A stretch of DNA of 64,000 nt from Gammaproteobacteria bacterium. Lineage in GTDB: Bacteria; Pseudomonadota; Gammaproteobacteria; SZUA-229. The number at the start of each line of letters is the position of its first letter. Position 1 is the first letter of the stretch. Under the pieces are notes generated by a model. It had not been told where the DNA came from. It did not search any database and saw only the letters and a program-made list of their open reading frames with translations. The DNA lies in the NCBI GenBank assembly GCA_013041745.1, contig JABDRN010000061.1:2975-66974 (forward strand). Reading direction: 5' to 3'. A program made the translations under genes and the position numbers. Shown here in pieces: positions 1-9,187 of the stretch.

Positions 1-410
1 TCCAGTTCATCGATCAGGAAACGGCGCATGGCTTTGTAACCACCTTTTACCCTCGGGTAGATGGTTCCGGTCTGTTCATATATCCATTGCTGCGATATCT
101 TGGAGCGCATACCGCCACGAAAACAGTAGAGTACGCCCTGCGGATGATGCTCGAAGAAGTTCTGCCAGTGCTGTACACGCTGTGATTTGACTTCATCACG
201 TACCAGTTCATGACCTAGTTTTATGGCCTCATCCTGACCGAGGTTTTTGTAGCGGATGCCGATGGCTTCACGTTCCTCGTTATTGATCAGCGGATAATTT
301 TCCGCAGCGGGAAATGATCCCTGGTCAAACTCTACAGGTGCACGGACATCCAGTAATGGAGTATCGTTTAATAGAATAGAGTGGTAATCATCGATTTGCG
401 GTAGTTCCAT
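1..410 (-). CDS. selU: tRNA 2-selenouridine synthase, N-terminal rhodanese part (gene runs off the left window edge)
   Basis: My own translation of the minus strand from ATG at 410-408 gives MELPQIDDYHSILLNDTPLLDVRAPVEFDQGSFPAAENYPLINNEEREAIGIRYK...LYCFRGGMRSKISQQW...GGYKAMRRF. It is collinear with my recollection of the E. coli SelU/YbbB N-terminus, including the CxRGGxRS rhodanese loop. It is absent from the supplied ORF track because it is truncated. Confidence 0.8.
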   Translation of the reverse strand, partial: MELPQIDDYHSILLNDTPLLDVRAPVEFDQGSFPAAENYPLINNEEREAIGIRYKNLGQDEAIKLGHELVRDEVKSQRVQHWQNFFEHHPQGVLYCFRGGMRSKISQQWIYEQTGTIYPRVKGGYKAMRRFLIDEL

Positions 411-466
411 TCGGTTATTTTATAATAATTCAACGCGATTTTGATGATTTATGCTCGAACGAAAGG

Positions 467-2398
467 TCAGAAGTAATACTGGTAGTTGAGGTTTATATCT
501 GAAAAATCTATATCGTTTTCCTGCCACTGATGCTTTGCGAATAATTTGATGGAATGGTTTGTCGATAGTACAAAGTTTTGCGTGTACTGCACCCGCAGGC
601 GATATATGTCGTCCTCGAAATGTTCGCCGCTGAATTCCAGGTGAGTCGTAGTATGCCTGAAATGCGACAGAAAGCCTGTATTAAATCCGATAGCTGGTTC
701 GATCAGGTTTCTTAACTGTTTGTTGATCTCGAGTCGGCCGATCGCCAGCGCGTGAAACTGGTGATTTTTTACTATTTCCCATGTGCCTCCAGCACCACCA
801 CTGAGGTGGTAGACCAGCTGATCTTTATTCGATGTCAGCTGCCTTTCAAAACCGGTGTACACCTTCCATGACAGCGGATCGAAAAAGCTGTTCTTCGGTG
901 TCAATGAGAATATGTCGACGAAATCCAGTTGATATAGACGCAGTCCGACGTTATCTTCTGCGCGCACCTTGATACTGCCGATATTGATCTGTGCCCCCTG
1001 CAGGAAGCCGTCTTTACTATCTTCCAGGTCATGGAACGCCATCTTGAAGCCAAACTCTGCATAATTGTTGTTCAGACGCTGACCCAGGCCTATGCTCGTA
1101 CGTTTACTCTTATGACCTCTCTCCGGCGGCAGTGGTGTCGGTACGGTGTTGCTTATATCGATTTCTACAGGGTAACTATTCAGCTTTTGTAACAATTGAT
1201 GACTACGTTTGGCTGTCGCCGGGTCGCGTGAAGATTCTGTGTTCAGGTAACGCAGGTATTTGTAGGCGAGATCGACAGTCGACTTTTGCTGTTTCGGACT
1301 CAGTCGTACAAAAGCATCTGAGTCTAATGCGCTGATATCTTTAGACAGGTCAAGTACGACCTCGCGCTGCTGATCTGATATGCCCTCAAGTATATACTGT
1401 ATCTCGGTTGCCCTGGCCGGCCGGTAACTGACTGATTCGATGAGTTTTGCATCATCGATGGCCCTGACAGTATCGACCGGTATCGCAGTCACGATGAATT
1501 CATCAGTCAGTTCAACTTCCGGGCGTGCGACCTCTATCAGTTCGAGCAGGCGGTATGAGCAGTTTTCATCAAAAAAGTAATAGTCAAAATTTATCGTCTT
1601 TAGCTCCCATAGATGCTGGATCATTCTCTCGGTTTCTTCAGCAGTCAGGTTTAGTTCGTATTCCCATATATCGCGATGTTCGATGCGGTTGTATTCCTGA
1701 ATCTTTTTAAAGTAGGGTTCAGAAATAAATATTCCCGGATAACCGCCTGCAAGGCCACGATAGGCGTATAGCAAGGAGTTATCGCTGTTGTCTATGTCGG
1801 CACCGAAATTGACCGCGTATGAGAGCCAGTCCGTTTTGCTGTCTTGCGAGTTATCCAGCCGTAACAGGGTGTGCCCGAACATGGATGAGGGGCTGTTGAG
1901 ATGGTATGCCGGAAATACCATGGTGACACTATCGGCCTGTACCATTTGCCGCCATTCAAGATATTCATCACAATGTACAGCAGGGAGCACCATGTTATCG
2001 ATATCGAGTTGCTCAGAAAGCCATCTCGTCCTGGCGACAAACCTGCATTGTGTTTGCTGGTTATGGTCTTCTTTTTCAACAAACAGGTTTTCTATCGTTG
2101 CCAGCAGTTCAGATCTGGGGTTATGACTACCGTCTGATGCGTAAAAAAAACGGTCATCATCTACCTGGCTGACATAACCTGCATATTCCTTGTCGTAGTG
2201 TATCAGGTTCAGCCATTCGACCTTTTCCCACAAGGTATATTCTTCTGCCTTATCAAGAAGTGACTCTCTGGGATCGATAGCACTGCCTGCAAATGTAGTC
2301 ACAGGTAGTAACAAGATGACGCTAAACAGATACTTAAGTATTAGTCGGCAAGGTAGTCGAAAGAGATGAAACATAGAGGATGTTGCTTGAGGTGTCAC
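467..2398 (-). CDS. DUF4105 (Lnb N-terminal periplasmic domain) family protein, exported
   Basis: 643 aa with an N-terminal hydrophobic signal-like segment. The motifs GHTLLRL and YFFDENCSYRLLELIE are typical of DUF4105 as I recall it. Its function is unknown. Confidence 0.55.
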   Translation of the reverse strand: MTPQATSSMFHLFRLPCRLILKYLFSVILLLPVTTFAGSAIDPRESLLDKAEEYTLWEKVEWLNLIHYDKEYAGYVSQVDDDRFFYASDGSHNPRSELLATIENLFVEKEDHNQQTQCRFVARTRWLSEQLDIDNMVLPAVHCDEYLEWRQMVQADSVTMVFPAYHLNSPSSMFGHTLLRLDNSQDSKTDWLSYAVNFGADIDNSDNSLLYAYRGLAGGYPGIFISEPYFKKIQEYNRIEHRDIWEYELNLTAEETERMIQHLWELKTINFDYYFFDENCSYRLLELIEVARPEVELTDEFIVTAIPVDTVRAIDDAKLIESVSYRPARATEIQYILEGISDQQREVVLDLSKDISALDSDAFVRLSPKQQKSTVDLAYKYLRYLNTESSRDPATAKRSHQLLQKLNSYPVEIDISNTVPTPLPPERGHKSKRTSIGLGQRLNNNYAEFGFKMAFHDLEDSKDGFLQGAQINIGSIKVRAEDNVGLRLYQLDFVDIFSLTPKNSFFDPLSWKVYTGFERQLTSNKDQLVYHLSGGAGGTWEIVKNHQFHALAIGRLEINKQLRNLIEPAIGFNTGFLSHFRHTTTHLEFSGEHFEDDIYRLRVQYTQNFVLSTNHSIKLFAKHQWQENDIDFSDINLNYQYYF

Positions 2399-2400
2399 AT

Positions 2401-2450
2401 AAAAAAGCCCTGTACCCGGGATAAATATCCCGAATTGCAGGGCTTTTTTT
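2401..2450 (-). terminator. Rho-independent terminator downstream of the DUF3015 gene
   Basis: The stem gccctg...cagggc is followed by a T-run when read on the minus strand. It lies between the stop at 2465 and the next gene's start at 2398. Confidence 0.6.
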
Positions 2451-2464
2451 AAAGGAAGGACTTG

Positions 2465-2941
2465 TTAAGCGATGTATTTAGCCAGAGTCTCGTCAGCTTT
2501 CATCACTTCTTCAATTGAAGCAATCATCTCATCAGCTGTCACATCTTCATTTGGGAAGATGACTGCAAAGTTTTCATGCATAACTCTTGCGAATGTCGCA
2601 CGGTCCTGCTTTTCTACGCCATAGATCACAGCAACTGTATCCATCGCATCGCCTTCACCGGCAGCAACATCTTCAGAGAATTCGCCCATGATAGAGCTGA
2701 CCATTGATTTACCACCGTAAGTCAATGTACCGGATGTAGAACAGCCATTGGTACCGGTTGTCATACCAAAAGTGTTGTTACCGGATGTACCGTTTGTGAT
2801 CGATGCGATGAAGTGTGCACCAAGGCCAGACTGGCCTTCAAATAACATGTTTCCCCAGCCACAGTTCGGGCCGCCAGGTGCTTCAGCCATCGCCACTGAA
2901 GACGCGCTTAAAAGAGCTATACCTGCGATTATTTTTTTCAT
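2465..2941 (-). CDS. DUF3015 family secreted protein
   Basis: Signal peptide MKKIIAGIALLSASSVAMA followed by PGGPNCGWGNMLFEGQSG, which I recall as the DUF3015 signature. The track start at 2947 is a TTG; the ATG at 2941 has a GGAG about 9 nt upstream. Confidence 0.55.
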   Translation of the reverse strand: MKKIIAGIALLSASSVAMAEAPGGPNCGWGNMLFEGQSGLGAHFIASITNGTSGNNTFGMTTGTNGCSTSGTLTYGGKSMVSSIMGEFSEDVAAGEGDAMDTVAVIYGVEKQDRATFARVMHENFAVIFPNEDVTADEMIASIEEVMKADETLAKYIA

Positions 2942-3241
2942 TCTCAAAACTCCAATTTTATAGATTATCTTTATAAAGAGACAAGATAATAAGCGAAAAA
3001 CGAGGTAGCGTGCAAGAAGAAAAAAGTGGTTTTTTATTTGACTACTATATGCTTGATATTACATACCATTTTTTTTGCGTAGCGCTCAGCTGAAGACTAC
3101 TTATACCGTTTTCTTTACATCCGGAAATAAATATAAGTATATTAATATTTATTAAAATAGAGTTTATAAGGTTAATTGTCCACCATCACATATGATTTTA
3201 TGTTATTTTTCCACTAACATTATCTCAGCTAATTTTCAGCA

Positions 3242-4060
3242 ATGTCTCGATACTGGCTTTTATCTTGTCTGATCTTTTTGTCAGCATGCAGTAACTATCT
3301 TTTTTTACCAAAAAAATCATTCCCGGTAACACCTGATGCAGCACAATTACTATATGAAGACATCTATATAGATTCGACTGACGGACAACAGCTGCATGGC
3401 TGGAAAATATACTCAGAAAAGAAGAAAGCAGGAACGATCCTTTTCTTCCATGGCAATGGTGATAATGTCAGTACCCAGTTACCGAACACTTTCTGGTTGG
3501 CAAAAGAGGGGTATGACCTCTATGTCTTTGACTATCGTGGCTATGGCCTGTCACAGGGTGAAGCAGAACTGGATGCTGTTATCAGCGATATGGAACTGAT
3601 GGTCTCGCATGTCGCCAGTGAGATATCCGATGATGAAAAGTTGATAGTCATGGGGCACAGCCTGGGAGGTGCTATGGCAATCTATTCGGTCGCACACAGT
3701 GCTTACCGCCACAGGATCGAATCGCTGATCACCATAGCTGCGTTCAGTGATTATCACGATATCACCCAGGATGTCCTGGCAAAAAGCTGGCTGTTCTGGC
3801 TATTCCAGTGGCCGCTGTCATACACGGTCGATAATTCATACCGTCCGCTCGATGCTATAGGACTGATTTCACCTATACCTGTTTTGATCATTCATAGTAA
3901 GAACGATGAAATCATCGCAATGTATCATGCAGAGAGGCTGCTCGAAGCAGCGAAAGAACCGAAGTCATTTAAGTTGGTCAACAGTGGCCATAACAATGTA
4001 TTTACCGGTAAGGAAAATCGCCAGGTTTTGCTGGATTACCTTAAGACATTGGAAAATTGA
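3242..4060 (+). CDS. alpha/beta-hydrolase lipoprotein
   Basis: Lipobox LSAC after a signal peptide, an FFHGNGDN oxyanion region and the GHSLGG nucleophile elbow. Confidence 0.75.
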   Translation: MSRYWLLSCLIFLSACSNYLFLPKKSFPVTPDAAQLLYEDIYIDSTDGQQLHGWKIYSEKKKAGTILFFHGNGDNVSTQLPNTFWLAKEGYDLYVFDYRGYGLSQGEAELDAVISDMELMVSHVASEISDDEKLIVMGHSLGGAMAIYSVAHSAYRHRIESLITIAAFSDYHDITQDVLAKSWLFWLFQWPLSYTVDNSYRPLDAIGLISPIPVLIIHSKNDEIIAMYHAERLLEAAKEPKSFKLVNSGHNNVFTGKENRQVLLDYLKTLEN

Positions 4061-4073
4061 TATCTAGGAGCAG

Positions 4074-4541
4074 TTATTCAGTCGCTGCCCTGGTGAATTT
4101 GGCCAGTGCATTACTTACTTTCTGAACTGGTCCTTCACAGCCTTTAGTATTATGCCTCTGCGCCATGTAGGCGGGATCGTTATATGCCAGCCATACCTGT
4201 CCAGCCTCATCTTTATAGGCCAGTGCTTTCTGTGGCAGATCAAGTGCAGCAGTCTGTGAACAGAGCATCAGCGGCGTACCAACTTTTGGGTTGCCAAAGA
4301 TAAGCAGTTCAGTAGGGCGTAGCTGCAGGCCTGCTTTCTCTGCCCCTGCGGTATGGTTGACACGCTTAAAGATAGTCATGCCCTTTTCCTTAAGCACTGT
4401 TTCAAGCTTATCGATTGTCGTGCTAACGCCATGGTTGCTCTTGATACGTATTATCCCGTTCGAGTTATCTGCAAATACCTGGGTGCTCAACAGTATCGAG
4501 ATGACGACTGCCTGGACAGAAATATTCTTTGCTGTGTTCAT
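4074..4541 (-). CDS. DUF302 domain protein, secreted
   Basis: Signal peptide followed by the IFGNPKVGTPLM motif typical of DUF302. Confidence 0.6.
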   Translation of the reverse strand: MNTAKNISVQAVVISILLSTQVFADNSNGIIRIKSNHGVSTTIDKLETVLKEKGMTIFKRVNHTAGAEKAGLQLRPTELLIFGNPKVGTPLMLCSQTAALDLPQKALAYKDEAGQVWLAYNDPAYMAQRHNTKGCEGPVQKVSNALAKFTRAATE

Positions 4542-4574
4542 GGCTGGAATATACCTCGTTTTTATTTTAAGGTT

Positions 4575-4606
4575 AAAAAAGCAGGGCCCTTGCGGGCCCT
4601 TTGAGT
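4575..4606 (-). terminator. Rho-independent terminator after the porin gene
   Basis: Stem agggccc/gggccct at 4583-4600. The A-run on the plus strand (4575-4580) is a T-run downstream on the minus strand. Confidence 0.55.
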
Positions 4607-4661
4607 GTGCCCGGCTAATAATGCAAGGCTGGAGTCATTCTATTATTATTTTTTCATAGTA

Positions 4662-6011
4662 TTAAAAAACATGGGTGACCTGTATAGCAAAGCGGTCATT
4701 AATCCCCTTGACGTTGTTATCGATCGCCGTCGTGTCTGACTTCGCATCACGCATAGAATATTCAACATTCATCCGCGTTTTCTTGTTGAAGTGATATTGT
4801 GCGCCGACAGTAGTGGTATCGAATGTAGACTCGTCCCCAGGTGCTGAAGGAGTGGCTGGACTTGTTGGCGGCTGTTTAAAGTTTTCGTCACGGGTGTAGG
4901 AGTCATAGCGCAGATCAATCTCCCACTTCGTGTTCGGAATATACCAGCCACCTTCTACATAGTAACCCTTCGCTTCAAGGTCATTAAATAAATGCTGGGG
5001 TCGATGCTGGCCCTGGAATATCATGCCTTTACCCTGCATGTATTCTGCGGATGCCCTGAAAGGTCTCTGTAGATATTTAAAGCCGAGGCCTGAACGGGTA
5101 CGGTCCTGCTCCTGCGTCCTGTTCACAGCATTGGTACGTTTACCATCCTGGTGCCATGCGAACATCTTCAGGCCTTCACGACGACCGCCTTTGCCACCGA
5201 AAACATTTTCTGTCGACAGGTAAAGGTAAAGATCCTTGTTGCTATCGTTATCACCATAGTTCAGACCATTGCCGTTACCATACATGATGGCATAGCTGTT
5301 CTCCCATGTGCCAGCTTTAAAGGTATCAAATACCTGTATACCGACATCACGAAATGCACCGACTGAGCGTGAGAACTGGTTCATGTCAGCATCAGGTGTA
5401 GGGCTTGCGGCATTGTTCAAATCAGTTGTGGTTTGAACGCATGGGCCGGCTGATGGAGATGCACCATCACAAGTGCTATTGGGAAATCGTTCAAGCAGCA
5501 ACTGGTTGGTTACCGTGGTGAAATTAATGTAATCGAATACATGGATCGCCTGTAATCCTTCCTCTGCACCTGGTGTCTTAAATAAGCCTGCACGTATACG
5601 AGCACCAGGTATATGGTTGAGTGTAATGCTGGCATCGGTAAGATGTTTGCCATCATCGCCATAGGTGATGCCGTTATTACCGAATTCAGCCAGTATAAAA
5701 TAGTTTACTTTTGAATCCAGTGGAAATCCTGTACCGCGGACACCGATACGTGCACGGTTGACGTTAAATGCACTCTGATCATCCAGGTTGGGTCCGATCA
5801 GCTTGGGCGGATTGTAACCACCGCCAGCATTAGCGTCGCTGTTATCATGTTGATATTGTGCCTGTATGAAGCCCCATACTTTTGCACGGGCCGACTGGCC
5901 TGGTGCTTCAGTGCCCTGCAGCATAAGCCAGTTTGCGGCCTGTACAGTTGAAGCGCTACTCAATAGTGCTGCTCCAATTGCATTCATCAATAATTTATTC
6001 TTGTAATTCAT
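4662..6011 (-). CDS. outer-membrane porin (beta-barrel)
   Basis: Signal peptide ending TVQA, alternating amphipathic strands rich in G/Y/N, and a C-terminal ...IQVTHVF aromatic terminus. Confidence 0.6.
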   Translation of the reverse strand: MNYKNKLLMNAIGAALLSSASTVQAANWLMLQGTEAPGQSARAKVWGFIQAQYQHDNSDANAGGGYNPPKLIGPNLDDQSAFNVNRARIGVRGTGFPLDSKVNYFILAEFGNNGITYGDDGKHLTDASITLNHIPGARIRAGLFKTPGAEEGLQAIHVFDYINFTTVTNQLLLERFPNSTCDGASPSAGPCVQTTTDLNNAASPTPDADMNQFSRSVGAFRDVGIQVFDTFKAGTWENSYAIMYGNGNGLNYGDNDSNKDLYLYLSTENVFGGKGGRREGLKMFAWHQDGKRTNAVNRTQEQDRTRSGLGFKYLQRPFRASAEYMQGKGMIFQGQHRPQHLFNDLEAKGYYVEGGWYIPNTKWEIDLRYDSYTRDENFKQPPTSPATPSAPGDESTFDTTTVGAQYHFNKKTRMNVEYSMRDAKSDTTAIDNNVKGINDRFAIQVTHVF

Positions 6012-6070
6012 TCTTCATCCTCCCGAAAGGAAATTTAATTTTTGTAGGTACGATTTACCAAGGGTAATAT

Positions 6071-6511
6071 TTAAGGTTTTATTAGTTTGAAACCCTGGTT
6101 TTGTAATTCGATAATGCGTACCACTCCGGCAGAAACGGGAACTGCATTACTGTTTAACTCAGGGGCATGACCTAGTTTTTTAGACATGCCTTTAATCGTG
6201 TTCTCACATGCTGAGAACTTGACACCGCTGTCTGTTAAACCCTGGATGCGGCCACTGTTTACGTTTTCCTTGAACATCAGACGCAAGCCAGGGCCAAATG
6301 CCACGATCTCAACATCGACTTTGTCCTGCCCATAAGCTTTGATAAGGTTATTCGCGACGTTTAACACCAGTGTCTGTTTAAAAGGATTGGGGTCGCTAAT
6401 CTGTAGTACGATTCTTTCTTCTGCAAAAGGCTTATCTTCTTCAGCTGCTTGAATCTGATAGCTGGAAATTGCAGCTATCAATAGAAGAAGTACTGATAAT
6501 ATATTTTTCAT
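6071..6511 (-). CDS. periplasmic DsrE/DsrF-like (COG1416-type) protein
   Basis: Signal peptide; VDVEIVAFGPGLRLM...FSACENTIKG...VPVSAGVVRIIELQNQGFKLIKP. The ATG at 6511 has a GGAGA Shine-Dalgarno sequence. The track start at 6523 is also possible. Confidence 0.6.
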   Translation of the reverse strand: MKNILSVLLLLIAAISSYQIQAAEEDKPFAEERIVLQISDPNPFKQTLVLNVANNLIKAYGQDKVDVEIVAFGPGLRLMFKENVNSGRIQGLTDSGVKFSACENTIKGMSKKLGHAPELNSNAVPVSAGVVRIIELQNQGFKLIKP

Positions 6512-6665
6512 TGGTATCTCCAAATTAAAGGTTGTTTTATTTTTTATAAAAAAACATCATGTGTTTCGTTATAACTACTAGACGGCACATTAAGAGTATT
6601 ATTCACTTTGAGTTGTATTGGTGCTATGTATGTAATCTAAATGCGATCATCTATTTATTTGGTGA

Positions 6666-7175
6666 TTATGGTTTTACATATGCATAACCCATCTGCTGCA
6701 GCCTTGCGACCTCTGCGACACCACTTGGTACGATGTCTTTTTTATCGACGTTGTACAGATCAGAATCAACGTTTACTTTTCGGCCACGTACGGTGTTTTC
6801 GCATACATTGAATTCGATGCCCTGGCTTTTGAGACCGTCAATCTTTGCCGTCATGGTTTCATTTGCATTAGCGTTCTTGAATTTTTTTAACTTATCTAAT
6901 GAATCAGGCTCCAGTAATAGCGCAAGCCCATTGCCGTGCAGCACTACTTTCAAGTCCAGATTTTCCGCACCGACGGCATTGATGTGGTTCTGTATGTTTC
7001 GTAATGCGCCAGCCTGTTTCTTAGGGTTGTCATAGTTGATGTGATACACCACCTTTTGTTTACCATAGCGTTCGTTAGCATATGCTGTGGATATCATCAG
7101 CAGACAGATGCTCATCATAAAAGCGGTCAGTATCTTGGTTTTTAATGTGGTCATTTTTTCCTCTTCTGTTTTCAT
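6666..7175 (-). CDS. periplasmic DsrE/DsrF-like (COG1416-type) protein, paralogue of 6071-6511
   Basis: Signal peptide; VVYHINYDNPKK...LDLKVVLHGNGLALLL...FNVCENTVRG...VPSGVAEVARLQQMGYAYVKP. An alternative start lies at 7154. Confidence 0.6.
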   Translation of the reverse strand: MKTEEEKMTTLKTKILTAFMMSICLLMISTAYANERYGKQKVVYHINYDNPKKQAGALRNIQNHINAVGAENLDLKVVLHGNGLALLLEPDSLDKLKKFKNANANETMTAKIDGLKSQGIEFNVCENTVRGRKVNVDSDLYNVDKKDIVPSGVAEVARLQQMGYAYVKP

Positions 7176-7196
7176 GTGGTTTTCCCTTGGTATTGC

Positions 7197-7730
7197 TTAC
7201 TTGAGCTGCAGGGATTTCAGCTTCAACTGGTTGATAAAGGTTTCAAGAATATTTTTTGTGATCATGCCTACCTGGACACCAACGACTTCACCGCTGGGAT
7301 TAAAAAGATAGGTGGTTGGCAGGCCTTGTAATCGTCCAAGGCCTGCTCTCTCGGTTATCCTGGAGTCGCTTAGCAGCACCGGAAAATCGATGAGATATTC
7401 TTCAGCAAAGGCTATTACATCATCTTGATTGGCATAGCCATAACTGGGGAAATCTATGGCTACAGCGACGACGATGGCATCATCATTATTGTGTTCATCA
7501 TGAAAGCTGACAAGTTCGGGCATCTCTTCACGACAGGGCGGGCAGCGGGTGCCCCAGATATTCAGTACCACCCATTTTCCCTGGCCGATATATTCTGAAA
7601 GTTTGTGTTCACTATCATCTATGCTTTTAAGTGATAGATCGAATGATGCATGTACGTTACTACTGGTGACAGACAATAGTGCCGAAATAACTAGACATGA
7701 TCTAATGATGTTGTGAAAATTTAGTGTCAT
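7197..7730 (-). CDS. TlpA-family periplasmic thiol:disulfide oxidoreductase
   Basis: Signal peptide plus a thioredoxin-fold motif, WGTRCPPCREEMPEL. Confidence 0.8.
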   Translation of the reverse strand: MTLNFHNIIRSCLVISALLSVTSSNVHASFDLSLKSIDDSEHKLSEYIGQGKWVVLNIWGTRCPPCREEMPELVSFHDEHNNDDAIVVAVAIDFPSYGYANQDDVIAFAEEYLIDFPVLLSDSRITERAGLGRLQGLPTTYLFNPSGEVVGVQVGMITKNILETFINQLKLKSLQLK

Positions 7731-7763
7731 TTGCTCTCAATTTGATATATTGATAGCTAAAGA

Positions 7764-7789
7764 GACGCATGTACCTGCTGATTTATTCA
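7764..7789 (-). promoter_or_regulatory. candidate ECF-type promoter for the tlpA/DsrE-like operon
   Basis: Read on the minus strand it is TGAAT-N17-CGTC, ending about 35 nt upstream of the tlpA ATG. It mirrors the plus-strand motif at 7802-7826. Confidence 0.35.
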
Positions 7790-7801
7790 CATAAATAAAT
7801 C

Positions 7802-7826
7802 GGAATATTTTTATAAGTGTCGCGTC
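7802..7826 (+). promoter_or_regulatory. candidate autoregulatory ECF-type promoter for the sigma/anti-sigma operon
   Basis: GGAAT-N16-CGTC, ending 27 nt upstream of the ATG at 7853. Confidence 0.35.
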
Positions 7827-7852
7827 TATTAATTAGTTATTGGGAGCTTTGT

Positions 7853-8401
7853 ATGAAAGTTGTTAAAAATCTGGTAGCAGCGATCTCACTAAAATCCGAG
7901 TTTGCTGCACGGCGTAACAAGTTATATAGAATCGCGTATTCCTGGTGCCATGACCCGGCTCTGGCAGATGACCTGGTACAGGAAACGATATACAAGGCAA
8001 TCAAGAACGCTTCTAAGTTGCGCGACGTAAATACCTTAGATAGCTGGATATACCGTATCCTCTATAACAGCTGGCAGGATTATTTACGTGTCAAAGGAAG
8101 GAATGTGGAATTTGTCGAGATGCAGGATGAACATCAGTCGGGGCATTCGGACAACTACCAGCAGTCACAGATAGTCAAGCGGGTGAGGGCATCTGTCGAG
8201 CAGCTGCCATTGGCGTTACGTGAGGTTGTAACACTGGCAGATTTTGCCGGTTTTAGTTACGCACAGATCGCAGAGATTACCGAAGTGCCCATCGGAACCG
8301 TGATGAGCCGCCTCTTCAGGGCGCGCAAGAATCTAAAGCAACAGTTACTGGAGTTTGGTTCAGATGAGATATCTGAATTTAAATTACGGAGGGTAAAATA
8401 A
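7853..8401 (+). CDS. ECF (sigma-70 family) RNA polymerase sigma factor
   Basis: Region 2 is DLVQETIYKAIKN and region 4 is FSYAQIAEITEVPIGTVMSRLFRARKNL. The ATG at 7853 follows GGGAG. The track start at 7817 is a GTG. Confidence 0.85.
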   Translation: MKVVKNLVAAISLKSEFAARRNKLYRIAYSWCHDPALADDLVQETIYKAIKNASKLRDVNTLDSWIYRILYNSWQDYLRVKGRNVEFVEMQDEHQSGHSDNYQQSQIVKRVRASVEQLPLALREVVTLADFAGFSYAQIAEITEVPIGTVMSRLFRARKNLKQQLLEFGSDEISEFKLRRVK

Positions 8402-9135
8402 TGACGATCAAAGATCTCTCTGATGATCACTTGAACCTGTTCATCGACGAAGAACTCGATACAGATGAATTGAATGAGATTCGCCATGCTGTCATGGAAG
8501 ACAAGGAGCTGCGTGAGCGTGTCTGCCAGTTAAAAGCCGTACGTGAGCTGGTCGGCTATGCATACAGTGATGTGCCTGGACCTGATTATGATAGCCCAGA
8601 GGCAAATAAATCTAATTCTTTTTTCGGCAGGGCGATAGCCGCATCAGTGACGCTTGTCATCGGTGTTTTCCTCGGTTGGGAGACATATCATTACAGTCCA
8701 CAATCAACCGACGATATATCGGCTGAAAATACTTTTCAGTATGTAGCGAACCATGTCGCTGTGGATCATACTAATCGTAAGATCATCCTGCACATCGACT
8801 CAGGTGATCTGCAGGTTGTCAATGCAGCGTTGAATGAAGCAGACCACTTGCTTGCAACCTATAAAAAAGCCAACGTACCAATGAAGCTGGATGTGGTCAC
8901 TAATAAAGGCGGCATCAATATGTTGAGACCGGGTGTTTCACCCTATGTCGAACGCATTCAGAAAATGATCCAGGATGAAGATGTCTCCTTCTTTGCCTGC
9001 GAGCGGTCGGTGGCAAAAGCGCATAAGCGGGAAGGGGTCGAAATCAAACTGATACCTGGTGTCGATTCTGATAAATCGGCAAGAGACCTGATACCAGATC
9101 GCCTGGAGAAAGGCTGGGTATATATCAAAGCTTAA
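8401..9135 (+). CDS. single-pass anti-sigma factor with a C-terminal periplasmic DsrE-like domain
   Basis: The start overlaps the sigma stop (TAATG). The N-terminal anti-sigma helix region is DDHLNLFIDEELDTDELNEIRHAVMED and the TM segment is AIAASVTLVIGVFLGW. The C-terminal domain, ILHIDSGD...KLDVVTNKGGINML...FFACERSVAK...GWVYIKA, aligns by eye with the two stand-alone DsrE-like proteins. Confidence 0.6.
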   Translation: MTIKDLSDDHLNLFIDEELDTDELNEIRHAVMEDKELRERVCQLKAVRELVGYAYSDVPGPDYDSPEANKSNSFFGRAIAASVTLVIGVFLGWETYHYSPQSTDDISAENTFQYVANHVAVDHTNRKIILHIDSGDLQVVNAALNEADHLLATYKKANVPMKLDVVTNKGGINMLRPGVSPYVERIQKMIQDEDVSFFACERSVAKAHKREGVEIKLIPGVDSDKSARDLIPDRLEKGWVYIKA

Positions 9136-9142
9136 GTACGCA

Positions 9143-9173
9143 CCGTAGCAGCGGATTATAATCCGCTGCTACG
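9143..9173. terminator. hairpin between convergent genes (bidirectional terminator candidate)
   Basis: 12-bp stem ccgtagcagcgg/ccgctgctacgg with a 7-nt loop. There is no clear T-run. Confidence 0.45.
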
Positions 9174-9187
9174 GCTGAGATATGTGC

